Positions 26,001 through 39,407 of a stretch of DNA of 64,000 nt are shown one piece after another. The notes under the pieces are model-generated. The model was not told where the DNA came from. It did not search any database and saw only the letters and a program-made list of their open reading frames with translations. The translations under genes were made by a program, and so were the position numbers. Source of the stretch: Eledone cirrhosa (Eukaryota); contig CAXHJY010001472.1 in the NCBI GenBank assembly GCA_964016885.1, forward strand, positions 434,001-498,000, given 5' to 3'. Numbering within the stretch: the stretch's first letter is position 1; every line of letters starts with the position of its first letter.

Positions 26001-29000
26001 TGATTTTTTTTAAAATGATCTCCCCTTGGACGGCTGGAAATGATCTCCCCTTGGCTGGTTGGAAATTATCTCCCCTTGGACCGCTAGAAATTATCTCTCC
26101 TTGGACGGCTGGAAATTATCTCCCCTTGATTTTTTTACAAATTATCTCCCCCTGATTTTTTTTACAAATCTCCCAGTGATTTTTAAAAAAAATTTTCTCC
26201 CCTTCGCTGGCTGGAAATTATCTCCCCTTGGACGCTGGAAATTATAGCCCCTTGGAGGGCTGGAAATTATCTTCCCTTGGACGGCTGGAAATTATCTCCC
26301 CTTGATTTTTTTTTACAAATTATCTCCCCCTGATTTTTTTTTACAAATTATCTCCCCCTGATTTTTTTTTACAAATTATCTCCCCCTGATTTTTTTCAAC
26401 AAATTATCTCCGCCTGATTTTTTTAAAAAAATTATCTCCACTTGGACGGCTGGAAATTATCTCCCCTTGGACGGCTGAAAATTATCTCCCCTTGGACGGC
26501 TGCAAATTATCTCCCCTTGATTTTTTTTACAAATTATCTCCCCCTGATTTTTTTTTACAAATTATCTACCCTTGATTTTTTTTTACAAATTATCTCCCCC
26601 GGATTTTTTTTACAAATTATCTCCCCCTGATTTTTTTTTACAAATTATCTCCCCCTGATTTTTTTTACAAATTATCTCCCCCTGATTTTTTTTTACAAAT
26701 TATCTCCCCCTGATATTTTTTTACAAATTATCTCCGCCTGATTTTTTAAAAAAAATTATCTCCCCCTGATTTTTTTTTACAAATTATCTCCCCCTGATTT
26801 TTTTTTTACAAATTATCTCCCCCTGATTTTTTTACAAATTATCTACCCCTGATTTTTTTTACAATCTCCGCCTGATTTTTTAAAAAATTATCTTCCCTTG
26901 GCTGGCGGGAAATTATCTCCCCTTGGACAGCTGGAAATTATCTCCCCTTGGAAGGATGGAAATTATCTCCCCTTGGACGGCTGGAAATTATCTCCCCTTG
27001 CACGGCTGGGAATTATTTCCCCTTGGACAGCTGGAAATTATCTGCCCTTGATTTTGTTTTTACAAATTATCTCCCCCTGATTTTTTTTACAAATTATATC
27101 CACCTGATTTTTTAAAAAATTATCTCCCCTTGGACGGCTGGAAATTATCTCCCCTTGGCTGGAAATTATCTCCCCTTGGACGGCTAGAAATTATCTCTCT
27201 TTGGACGGCTGGAAATTATCTCCCTTTGATTTTTTTAACAAATTATCTCCCTCTGATTTTTTTTACAAATCTCCCCCTGATTTTTTAAAAAAAATTATCT
27301 CCCCTTCGCTGGCTGGAAATTATCTCCCCTTGGACACTGGAAATTATAGCCCCCTGGAGGGCTGGAAATTATCTTCCCTTGGACGGCTGGAAATTATCTC
27401 CCCTTGATTTTATTACAAATTATCTCCCCCTGATTTTTTTTTACAAATTATCTCCCCCTGATTTTTTTTACAAATTATCTCCCCCTGATTTTTTTTACAA
27501 ATTATCTCCCCCTGATATTTTTTTTACAAATTATCTCCGCCTGATTTTTTTAAAAAAATTATCTCCCCCTGATTTTTTTTTACAAATTATCCCCCCCTGA
27601 TTTTTTTTTTACAAATTATCTCCCCCTGATTTTTTTACAAATTATCTCCCCCTGATTTTTTTTACAATCTCCGCCTGATTTTTTTAAAGATTATCTTCCC
27701 TTGGCTGGCGGGAAATTATCTCCCCTTGGACGGCTGGAAATTATCTCCCCTTGGAAGGATGGAAATTATCTCCCCTTGGACGGCTGGAAATTATCTCCCC
27801 TTGCACGGCTGGGAATTATTTCCCCTTGGACAGCTGGAAATTATCTGCCCTTGATTTTGTTTTTACAAATTATCTCCCCCTGATTTTTTTTACAAATTAT
27901 ATCCACCTGATTTTTTAAAAAATTATCTCCCCTTGGACGGCTGGAAATTATCTCCCCTTGGCTGGAAATTATCTCCCCTTGGACGGCTAGAAATTATCTC
28001 CCCTTGGACGGCTGGAAATTATCTTCCCTTGCACCATTGGAAATTATCTCCCCTTGGACAGCTGGAAATTATCTGCCCTTGATTTTGTTTTTACAAATTA
28101 TCTCCCCCTGATTTTTTTTACAAATTATCTCCACCTGATTTTTTAAAAAATTATCTCCCCTTGGACGGCTGGAAATTATCTCTCCTTGGACGGCTAGAAA
28201 TTATCTCTCTTTGGACTGCTGGAAATTATCTCCCTTTGATTTTTTTAACAAATTATCTCCCTCTGATTTTTTTTACAAATCTCCCCCTGATTTTTTAAAA
28301 AAAATTATCTCCCCTTCGCTGGCTGGAAATTATCTCCCCTTGGACACTGGAAATTATCTCCCCTTGGACGGCTGGATATTATCTCCCCTTGATTTTTTTT
28401 ACAAATTATCTCCCCCTGATTTTTTTTTACAAATTATCTCCCCTGATTTTTTTTTTACAAATTATCTCCCCCTGATTTTTTTACAAATTATCTCCCCCTG
28501 ATTTTTTTACAAATTATCTCCGCCTGATTTTTTAAAAAATTATCTTCCCTTGGCTGGCGGGAAATTATCTCCCCTTGGACGGCTGGAAATTATCTCTACT
28601 TGGAAGGATGGAAATTATCTCCCCTTGGACGGCTGGAAATTATCTTCCCTTGCACCATTGGAAATTATCTCCCCCTTTGACGGCTAAAAATTATCTCCCC
28701 TTGATTTTTTTTTACAAATTATCTCCCCTTGATTTTTTTTTACAAATTATGTCCCCCTGATTTTTTTTTTACAAATTATCTCCGCCTGATTTTTTTTAAA
28801 AATTATCTCCCCTTGGACGGCTGGAAATTATCCCCCCTTGGACGGCTAGAAATTACCTCTCCTTGGACGGCTGAAAATTATCTCCCCTTGGACGGCTGGA
28901 AATTATCTCCCCTTGATTTTTTTACAAATTATCTGCCCCTGATTTTTTTTTTTACAAATTATCTCCCCCTGATTTTTTTTTACAAATTATCTCCCCCTGA

Positions 29001-32000
29001 TTTTTTTTACAAATTATCTCCCCCTGATTTTTTTTTTACAAATTATCTCCCCCTGATTTTTTTACAAATTATCTCCTGATTTTTTTTACATATTATCTCC
29101 GCCTCATTTTTTTAAATATTATCTTCCCTTGGCTGGCGGGAAATTATCTCCCCTTGGACGGCTGGAAATTATCTCCCCTTGCACTGCTGGAAATTATCTC
29201 CCCTTGGACGGCTGGAAATTATCTGCCCTTGATTTTGTTTTTACAAATTATCTTCCCCTGATTTTTTTTACAAATTATCTCCACCTGATTTTTTAAAAAA
29301 TTATCTCCCCTCGGACGGCTGGAAATTATCTCCCCTTGGCTGGAAATTATCTCCCCTTGGACGGCTGGAAATTATCTCCCCTTGATTTTTTTTACAAATT
29401 ATCTCCCCTTGATTTTTTTACAAATTATCTCCCCCTGATTTTTTTTACAATCTCCGCCTGATTTTTTTAAAAATGATCTCCCCTTGGACGGCTGGAAATG
29501 ATCTCCCCTTGGACGCTGGAAATTATAGCCCCTTGGAGGGCTGGAAATTATCTTCCCTTGGACGGCTGGAAATTATCTCCCCCTGATTTTTTTTTACAAA
29601 TTATCTCCCCCTGATATTTTTTTACAAATTATCTCCGCCTGATTTTTTAAAAAAAATTAACTCCCCCTGATTTTTTTTTACAAATTATCTCCCCCTGATT
29701 TTTTTTTACAAATTATCTCCCCCTGATTTTTTTTTACAAATTATCTCCCCCTGATTTTTTTTTTACAAATTATCTCCCCCTGATTTTTTTACAAATTATC
29801 TCCCCCTGATTTTTTTTACAATCTCCGCCTGATTTTTTAAAAAATTATCTTCCCTTGGCTGGCGGGAAATTATCTCCCCTTGGACGGCTGGAAATTATCT
29901 CCCCTTGGAAGGATGGAAATTATCTCCCCTTGGACGGCTGGAAATTATTCCCCCTTGCACGGCTGGAAATTATCTCCCCTTGGACAGCTGGAAATTATCT
30001 GCCCTTGATTTTGTTTTTACAAATTATCTCCCCCTGATTTTTTTTACAAATTATCTGCACCTGATTTTTTAAAAAATTATCTCCCCTTGGACGGCTGGAA
30101 ATTATCTCCCCTTGGCTGGAAATTATCTCCCCTTGGACACTGGAAATTATAGCCCCTTGGAGGGCTGCAAATTATCTTCCCTTGGACGGCTGGAAATTAT
30201 CTCCCCTTGGAAGAATGGAAATTATCTCCCCTTGGACGGCTGGAAATTATCTCTCCTTGGACGGCTGAAAATTATCTCCCCTTGATTTTTTTTTACAAAT
30301 TATCTCCCCCTGATTTTTTTTACAAATTATCTCCCCCTGATTTTTTTTTTACAAATTATCTCCCCCTGATTTTTTTACAAATTATCTCCCCCTGATTTTT
30401 TTTACATATTATCTCCGCCTGATTTTTTTAAATATTATCTTCCCTTGGCTGGCGGGAAATTATCTCCCCTTGGACGGCTGGAAATTATCTCCCCTTGCAC
30501 TGCTGGAAATTATCTTCCCTTGGACGGCTGGAAATTATCTGCCCTTGATTTTGTTTTTACAAATTATCTTCCCCTGATTTTTTTTACAAATTATCTCCAC
30601 CTGATTTTTTAAAAAATTATCTCCCCTCGGACGGCTGGAAATTATCTCCCCTTGGCTGGAAATTATCTCCCCTTGGACGGCTGGAAATTATCTCCCCTTG
30701 ATTTTTTTTACAAATTATCTCCCCCTGATTTTTTTACAAATTATCTCCCCCTGATTTTTTTTACAATCTCCGCCTGATTTTTTAAAAAATGATCTCCCCT
30801 TGGACGGCTGGAAATGATCTCCCCTTGGCTGGTTGGAAATTATCTCCCCTTGGACCGCTAGAAATTATCTCTCCTTGGACGGCTGGAAATTATCTCCCCT
30901 TGATTTTTTTACAAATTATCTCCCCCTGATTTTTTTTACAAATCTCCCAGTGATTTTTAAAAAAAAATTATCTCCCCTTCGCTGGCTGGAAATTATCTCC
31001 CCTTGGACGCTGGAAATTATAGCCCCCTTGGAGGGCTGGAAATTATCTTCCCTTGGACGGCTGGAAATTATCTCCCCTTGATTTTTTTACAATTTATCTC
31101 CCCCTGATTTTTTTTTACAAATTATCTCCCCCTGATTGGTTTTTACAAATTATCTCCCCCTGATTTTTTTTTTATAAATTATCTCCGCCTGATTTTTTTA
31201 AAAAAATTATCTCCCCTTGGACGGCTGGAAATCATCTCCCCTTGGACGGCTGGAAATTATCTCCCCTTGGACGGCTAGAAATTACCTCTCCTTGGACGGC
31301 TGAAAATTATCTCCCCTTGGACGGCTGCAAATTATCTCCCCTTGATTTTTTTTACAAATTATCTCCCCCTGATTTTTTTTACAAATTATCTCCCCCTGAT
31401 TTTTTTTTACAAATTATCTACCCCTGATTTTTTTTACAAATTATCTCCCCCTGATTTTTTTTTACAAATTATCTCTCCCTGATTTTTTTTACAAATTATC
31501 TCCCCCTGATTTTTTTTTTACAAATTATCTCCCCCTGATTTCTTTACAAATTATCTCCCCCTGATTTTTTTTACAATCTCCGCCTGATTTTTTAAAAAAT
31601 TATCTTCCCTTGGCTGGCGGGAAATTATCTCCCCTTGGACGGCTGGAAATTATCTCCCCTTGGAAGGATGGAAATTATCTCCCCTTGGACGGCTGGAAAT
31701 TATCTCCCCTTGCACGGCTGGAAATTATCTCCCCTTGGACAGCTAGAAATTATCTGCCCTTGATTTTGTTTTAACAAATTATCTCCCCCTGATTTTTTTT
31801 ACAAATTATCTCCACCTGATTTTTTTAAAAATTATCTCCCCTTGGACGGCTGGAAATGATCTCCCCTTGGCTGGAAATTATCTCCCCTTGGACGGCTAGA
31901 AATTATCTCTCTTTGGACGGCTGGAAATTATCTCCCTTTGATTTTTTAAACAAATTATCTCCCTCTGATTTTTTTTACAAATCTCCCCCTGATTTTGTAA

Positions 32001-34710
32001 AAAAAATTATCTCCCCTTTGCTGGCTGGAAATTATCTCCCCTTGGACACTGGAAATTATAGCCCCTTGGAGGGCTGGAAATTATCTTCCCTTGGACGGCT
32101 GGAAATTATCTCCCCTTGATTTTTTTTACAAATTATCTCCCCCTGATTTTTTTTTTACAAATTATCTCCCCCTGATTTTTTTACAAATTATCTCCCCCTG
32201 ATTTTTTTTACAAATTATCTCCGCCTGATTTTTTTAAATATTATCTTCCCTTGGCTGGCGGGAAATTATCTCCCCTTGGACGGCTGGAAATTATCTCCCC
32301 TTGGACGGCTAGAAATTACCTCTCCTTGGACGGCTGAAAATTATCTTCCCTTGGACGGCTGGAAATTATCTCCCCTTGATTTTTTTACAAATTACCTCCC
32401 CCTGATTTTTTTTTACAAATTATCTCCCCCTGATTTTTTTTACAAATTATCTCCCCCTGATTTTTTTTTACAAATTATCTCCCCCTGATATTTTTTTACA
32501 AATTATCTCCGTCTGATTTTTTAAAAAAAATTATCTCCCCTTGGACGGCTGGAAATTATCTCCCCTTGGACGGCTGGAAATTATCTCCCCTTGGACGGCT
32601 AGAAATTACCTGTCCTTGGACGGCTGAAAATTATCTCCCCTTGGACGGCTGCAAATTATCTCCCCTTGATTTTTTTTACAAATTATCTCCCCTTGATTTT
32701 TGTTACAAATTATCTCCCCCTGATTTTTTTTTACAAATTATCTCCCCCTGATTTTTTTAAACAAATTATCTCCCCCTGATTTTTTTTTACAAATTATCTC
32801 CCCCTGATTTTTTTTTACAAATTATCTCCCCCTGATTTTTTTACAAATTATCTCCCCCTGATTTTTTTTACAATCTCCGCCTGATTTTTTTAAAAATTAT
32901 CTTCCCTTGGCTGGCGGGAAATTATCTCCCCTTGGACGGCTGGAAATTATCTCCCCTTGGAAGGATGGAAATTATCTCCCCTTGGACGGCTGGAAATTAT
33001 CTCCCCTTGCACGGCTGGAAATTATCTCCCCTTGGACAGCTGGAAATTATCTGCCCTTGATTTTGTTTTTACAAATTATCTCCCCCTGATTTTTTTTACA
33101 AATTATCTCCTCCTGATTTTTTAAAAAATTATCTCCCCTTGGACGGCTTAAAATTATCTCCCCTTGGCTGGAAATTATCTCCCCTTGGACGGCTAGAAAT
33201 TATCACTCTTTCGACGGCTGGAAATTATCTCCCTTTGATTTTTTTTACAAATTATCTCCCTCTGATTTTTTTACAAATCTCCCCCTGATTTTTTAAAAAA
33301 AATTATCTCCCCTTCGCTGGCTGGAAATTATCTCCCCTTGGACACTGGAAATTATAGCCCCCTGGAGGGCTGGAAATTATCTTCCCTTGGACGGCTGGAA
33401 ATTATCTCCCCTTGATTTCTTTTACAAATTATCTCCCCCTGATTTTTTTTTTACAAATTATCTCCCCCTGATTTTTTTTATAAATTATCTCCCCCTGATA
33501 TTTTTAGAAATTATCTCCGCCTGATTTTTTTAAAAATTATCTTCCCTTGGCTGGCGGGAAATTATCTCCCCTTGGACGGCTGGAAATTATCTCCCCTTGG
33601 AAGGATGGAAATTATCTCCCCTTGGACAGCTGGAAATTATCTCCCCTTGGACGGCTGAAAATTATCTTCCGTTGATTTTTTTATACAAATTATCTCCCCC
33701 TGATTTTTTTTTACAAATTATCTCCCCCTGATTTTTTTTTTACAAATTATCTCTCCCTGATTTTTTTTTACAAATATCTCCCCTTGGCTGGCTGGAAATT
33801 ATCTCATCTTGGCTGGCTGGAAATTATCTCCCCTTGGACGGTTGGAAATTATCTCCCCTTGGACGGCTGGAAATTATCTCCCCTTGGACGGCTGGAAATT
33901 ATCTCCTCTTGGACGGCTGGAAATTATTTCCCCTTGGACAGCTGGAAATTATCTGCCCTTGATTTTGTTTTTACAAATTATCTCCCCCTGATTTTTTTTA
34001 CAAATTATCTCCACCTAATTTTTTTAAAAATTATCTCCCCTTGGACGGCTGGAAATTATCTCCCCTTGGCTGGAAATTATCTCCCCTTGGACGGCTAGAA
34101 ATTATCTCTCTTTGGACGGCTGGAAATTATCTCCCTTTGATTTTTTTAACAAATTATCTCCCTCTGATTTTTTTTACAAATCTCCCCCTGATTTTTTAAA
34201 AAAAATTATCTCCCCTTCGCTGGCTGGAAATTATCTCCCCTTGGACACTGGAAATTATAGCCCCCTGGAGGGCTGGAAATTATCTTCCCTTGGACGGCTG
34301 GAAATTATCTCCCCTTGATTTTTTTACAAATTATCTCCCCCTGATTTTTTTTTACAAATTATCTCCCCCTGATTTTTTTTACAAATTATCTCCCCCTGAT
34401 TTTTTTTACAAATTATCTCCCCCTGATATTTTTTTTACAAATTATCTCCGCCTGATTTTTTTAAAAAAATTATCTCCCCCTGATTTTTTTTTACAAATTA
34501 TCCCCCCCTGATTTTTTTTTTACAAATTATCTCCCCCTGATTTTTTTACAAATTATCTCCCCCTGATTTTTTTTACAATCTCCGCCTGATTTTTTTAAAG
34601 ATTATCTTCCCTTGGCTGGCGGGAAATTATCTCCCCTTGGACGGCTGGAAATTATCTCCCCTTGGAAGGATGGAAATTATCTCCCCTTGGACGGCTGGAA
34701 ATTATCTCCC
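17021..34710 (+). repeat. ~17.7-kb segment, copy 1 of a large direct duplication
   Basis: About 40 colinear pseudo-ORF pairs with 39408-56370 (e.g. 17374/39761, 19680/42067, 20941/43329, 25614/47692, 30207/51895, 34112/55773). Offset steps down from 22,387 to 21,661. Confidence 0.92.
26885..27687 (+). repeat. Representative 803-bp higher-order repeat unit (module M1 + module M2 + B run)
   Basis: M1-to-M1 spacing is 803 bp at 26898->27701, 48948->49751 and 61683->62486, and 782 bp at 22490->23272 and 44876->45658. The 21-bp difference equals the short monomer AAATTATCTCCCCTTGGCTGG. Confidence 0.88.
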
Positions 34711-37700
34711 CTTGCACGGCTGGAAATTATCTCCCCTTGGACAGCTGGAAATTATCTGCCCTTGATTTTGTTTTTACAAATTATCTCCCTCTGATTTTTT
34801 TTACAAATTATCTCCACCTGATTTTTTAAAAAATTATCTCCCCTTGGACGGCTGGAAATTATCTCCCCTTGGACGGCTAGAAATTATCTCTCTTTGGACT
34901 GCTGGAAATTATCTCCCTTTGATTTTTTTAACAAATTATCTCCCTCTGATTTTTTTACAAATCTCCCCCTGATTTTTTAAAAAAAATTATCTCCCCTTCG
35001 CTGGCTGGAAATTATCTCCCCTTGGACACTGGAAATTATCTCCCCTTGGACGGCTGGATATTATCTCCCCTTGATTTTTTTTACAAATTATCTCCCCCTG
35101 ATTTTTTTTTACAAATTATCTCCCCTGATTTTTTTTTTACAAATTATCTCCCCCTGATTTTTTTACAAATTATCTCCCCCTGATTTTTTTACAAATTATC
35201 TCCGCCTGATTTTTTAAAAAATTATCTTCCCTTGGACGGCTGGAAATTATCTCCACTTGGAAGGATGGAAATTATCTCCCCTTGGACGGCTGGAAATTAT
35301 CTTCCCTTGCACCATTGGAAATTATCTCCCCCTTTGACGGCTAAAAATTATCTCCCCTTGATTTTTTTTTACAAATTATCTCCCCTTGATTTTTTTTTAC
35401 AAATTATGTCCCCCTGATTTTTTTTTTACAAATTATCTCCGCCTGATTTTTTTTAAAAATTATCTCCCCTTGGACGGCTGGAAATTATCCCCCCTTGGAC
35501 GGCTAGAAATTACCTCTCCTTGGACGGCTGAAAATTATCTCCCCTTGGACGGCTGGAAATTATCTCCCCTTGATTTTTTTACAAATTATCTGCCCCTGAT
35601 TTTTTTTTTACAAATTATCTCCCCCTGATTTTTTTTTACAAATTATCTCCCCCTGATTTTTTTTACAAATTATCTCCCCCTGATTTTTTTTTTACAAATT
35701 ATCTCCCCCTGATTTTTTTACAAATTATCTCCTGATTTTTTTTACATATTATCTCCGCCTCATTTTTTTAAATATTATCTTCCCTTGGCTGGCGGGAAAT
35801 TATCTCCCCTTGGACGGCTGGAAATTATCTCCCCTTGCACTGCTGGAAATTATCTCCCCTTGGACGGCTGGAAATTATCTGCCCTTGATTTTGTTTTTAC
35901 AAATTATCTTCCCCTGATTTTTTTTACAAATTATCTCCACCTGATTTTTTAAAAAATTATCTCCCCTCGGACGGCTGGAAATTATCTCCCCTTGGCTGGA
36001 AATTATCTCCCCTTGGACGGCTAGAAATTATCTCTCTTTGGACGGCTGGAAATTATCTCCCCTTGATTTTTTTTACAAATTATCTCCCCTTGATTTTTTT
36101 ACAAATTATCTCCCCCTGATTTTTTTTACAATCTCCGCCTGATTTTTTTAAAAATGATCTCCCCTTGGACGGCTGGAAATGATCTCCCCTTGGACGCTGG
36201 AAATTATAGCCCCTTGGAGGGCTGGAAATTATCTTCCCTTGGACGGCTGGAAATTATCTCCCCCTGATTTTTTTTTACAAATTATCTCCCCCTGATATTT
36301 TTTACAAATTATCTCCGCCTGATTTTTTAAAAAAAATTAACTCCCCCTGATTTTTTTTTACAAATTATCTCCCCCTGATTTTTTTTTACAAATTATCTCC
36401 CCCTGATTTTTTTTTACAAATTATCTCCCCCTGATTTTTTTTTTACAAATTATCTCCCCCTGATTTTTTTACAAATTATCTCCCCCTGATTTTTTTTACA
36501 ATCTCCGCCTGATTTTTTAAAAAATTATCTTCCCTTGGCTGGCGGGAAATTATCTCCCCTTGGACGGCTGGAAATTATCTCCCCTTGGAAGGATGGAAAT
36601 TATCTCCCCTTGGACGGCTGGAAATTATTCCCCCTTGCACGGCTGGAAATTATCTCCCCTTGGACAGCTGGAAATTATCTGCCCTTGATTTTGTTTTTAC
36701 AAATTATCTCCCCCTGATTTTTTTTACAAATTATCTGCACCTGATTTTTTAAAAAATTATCTCCCCTTGGACGGCTGGAAATTATCTCCCCTTGGCTGGA
36801 AATTATCTCCCCTTGGACACTGGAAATTATAGCCCCTTGGAGGGCTGCAAATTATCTTCCCTTGGACGGCTGGAAATTATCTCCCCTTGGAAGAATGGAA
36901 ATTATCTCCCCTTGGACGGCTGGAAATTATCTCTCCTTGGACGGCTGAAAATTATCTCCCCTTGATTTTTTTTTACAAATTATCTCCCCCTGATTTTTTT
37001 TACAAATTATCTCCCCCTGATTTTTTTTTTACAAATTATCTCCCCCTGATTTTTTTACAAATTATCTCCCCCTGATTTTTTTTACATATTATCTCCGCCT
37101 GATTTTTTTAAATATTATCTTCCCTTGGCTGGCGGGAAATTATCTCCCCTTGGACGGCTGGAAATTATCTCCCCTTGCACTGCTGGAAATTATCTTCCCT
37201 TGGACGGCTGGAAATTATCTGCCCTTGATTTTGTTTTTACAAATTATCTTCCCCTGATTTTTTTTACAAATTATCTCCACCTGATTTTTTAAAAAATTAT
37301 CTCCCCTCGGACGGCTGGAAATTATCTCCCCTTGGCTGGAAATTATCTCCCCTTGGACGGCTGGAAATTATCTCCCCTTGATTTTTTTTACAAATTATCT
37401 CCCCCTGATTTTTTTACAAATTATCTCCCCCTGATTTTTTTTACAATCTCCGCCTGATTTTTTAAAAAATGATCTCCCCTTGGACGGCTGGAAATGATCT
37501 CCCCTTGGCTGGTTGGAAATTATCTCCCCTTGGACCGCTAGAAATTATCTCTCCTTGGACGGCTGGAAATTATCTCCCCTTGATTTTTTTACAAATTATC
37601 TCCCCCTGATTTTTTTTACAAATCTCCCAGTGATTTTTAAAAAAAAATTATCTCCCCTTCGCTGGCTGGAAATTATCTCCCCTTGGACGCTGGAAATTAT
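33930..37700 (+). repeat. ~3.8-kb copy of ~27020-31020 (offset 6,657-6,911)
   Basis: Pairs 27201/34112, 27379/34290, 28729/35386, 29855/36535, 30207/36887, 30833/37513. Shared variants TAAAGATTATC, GCACCATTGG, AATTATGTCC and AATTAACTCC. Confidence 0.87.
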
Positions 37701-39407
37701 AGCCCCTTGGAGGGCTGGAAATTATCTTACCTTGGACGGCTGGAAATTATCTCCCCTTGATTTTTTTTTACAAATTATCTCCCCCTGATTTTTTTTTATA
37801 AATTATCTCCCCCTGATTTTTTTTACAAATTATCTCCCCCTGATTTTTCTTAACAAATTATCTCCGCCTGATTTTTTAAAAAAAATTATCTCCCCTTGGA
37901 CGGCTGGAAATTATCTCCCCTTGGACGGCTGGAAATTATCTCCCCTTGGACGGCTAGAAATTACCTCTCCTTGGACGGCTGAAAATTATCTCCCCTTGGA
38001 CGGCTGCAAATTATCTCCCCTTGATTTTTTTTACAAATTATCTCCCCTTGATTTTTTTTTACAAATTATCTCCCCCTGATTTTTTTTACAAATTATCTCC
38101 CCCTGATTTTTTTTTACAAATTATCTCCCCCTGATTTTTTTTTTACAAATTATCTCCCCCTGATTTTTTTACAAATTATCTTCCCTTGGCTGGCGGGAAA
38201 TTATCTCCCCTTGGACGGCTAGAAATTATCTCCCCTTGGAAGGATGGAAATTATCTCCCCTTGGACGGCTGGAAATTATCTCCCCTTGCACGGCTGGAAA
38301 TTATCTCCCCTTGGACAGCTGGAAATTATCTGCCCTTGAATTTGTTTTTACAAATTATCTCCCCTTGATTTTTTTTACAAATTATCTCCACCTGATTTTT
38401 TAAAAAATTATCTCCCCTTGGACGGCTGGAAATTATCTCCCCTTGGCTGGAAATTATCTCCCCTTGGACGGCTAGAAATTATCTCTCTTTGGACGGCTGG
38501 AAATTATCTCCCTTTGATTTTTTTAACAAATTATCTCCCTCTGATTTTTTTTACAAATCTCCCCCTGATTTTTTTAAAAAAATTATCTCCCCTTCGCTGG
38601 CTGGAAATTATCTCCCCTTGGACACTGGAAATTATAGCTCCCTGGAGGGCTGGAAATTATCTTCCCTTGGAAGGCTGGAAATTATCTCCCCTTGATTTTT
38701 TTTACAAATTATCTGCCCCTGATTTTTTTTTACAAATTATCTCCCCCTGATTTTTTTTACAAATTATCTCCCCCTGATTTTTTTTTACAAATTATCTCCC
38801 CCTGATATTTTTTTTACAAATTATCTCCGCCTGATTTTTTAAAAAAAATTATCTCCCCTTGGACGGCTAGAAATTATCTCCCCTTGGACGGCTGGAAATT
38901 ATCTCCCCTTGGACGGCTGGAAATTATCTTCCCTTGGACGGCTAGAAATTACCTCTCCTTGGACGGCTGAAAATTATCTCCCCTTGGACGGCTGGAAATT
39001 ATCTCCCCTTGATTTTTTTACAAATTATCTCCCCCTGATTTTTTTTTTACAAATTATCTCCCCCTGATTTTTTTTTACAAATTATCTACCCCTGATTTTT
39101 TTTACAAATTATCTCCCCCTGATTTTTTTAAAAATGATCTCCCCTTGGACGGCTGGAAATGATCTCCCCTTGGCTGGTTGGAAATTATCTCCCCTTGGAC
39201 CGCTAGAAATTATCTCTCCTTGGACGGCTGGAAATTATCTCCCCTTGATTTTTTTACAAATTATCTCCCCCTGATTTTTTTTACAAATCTCCCAGTGATT
39301 TTTTTAAAAAATTATCTCCCCTTCGCTGGCTGGAAATTATCTCCCCTTGGACGCTGGAAATTATAGCCCCTTGGAGGGCTGGAAATTATCTTCCCTTGGA
39401 CGGCTGC

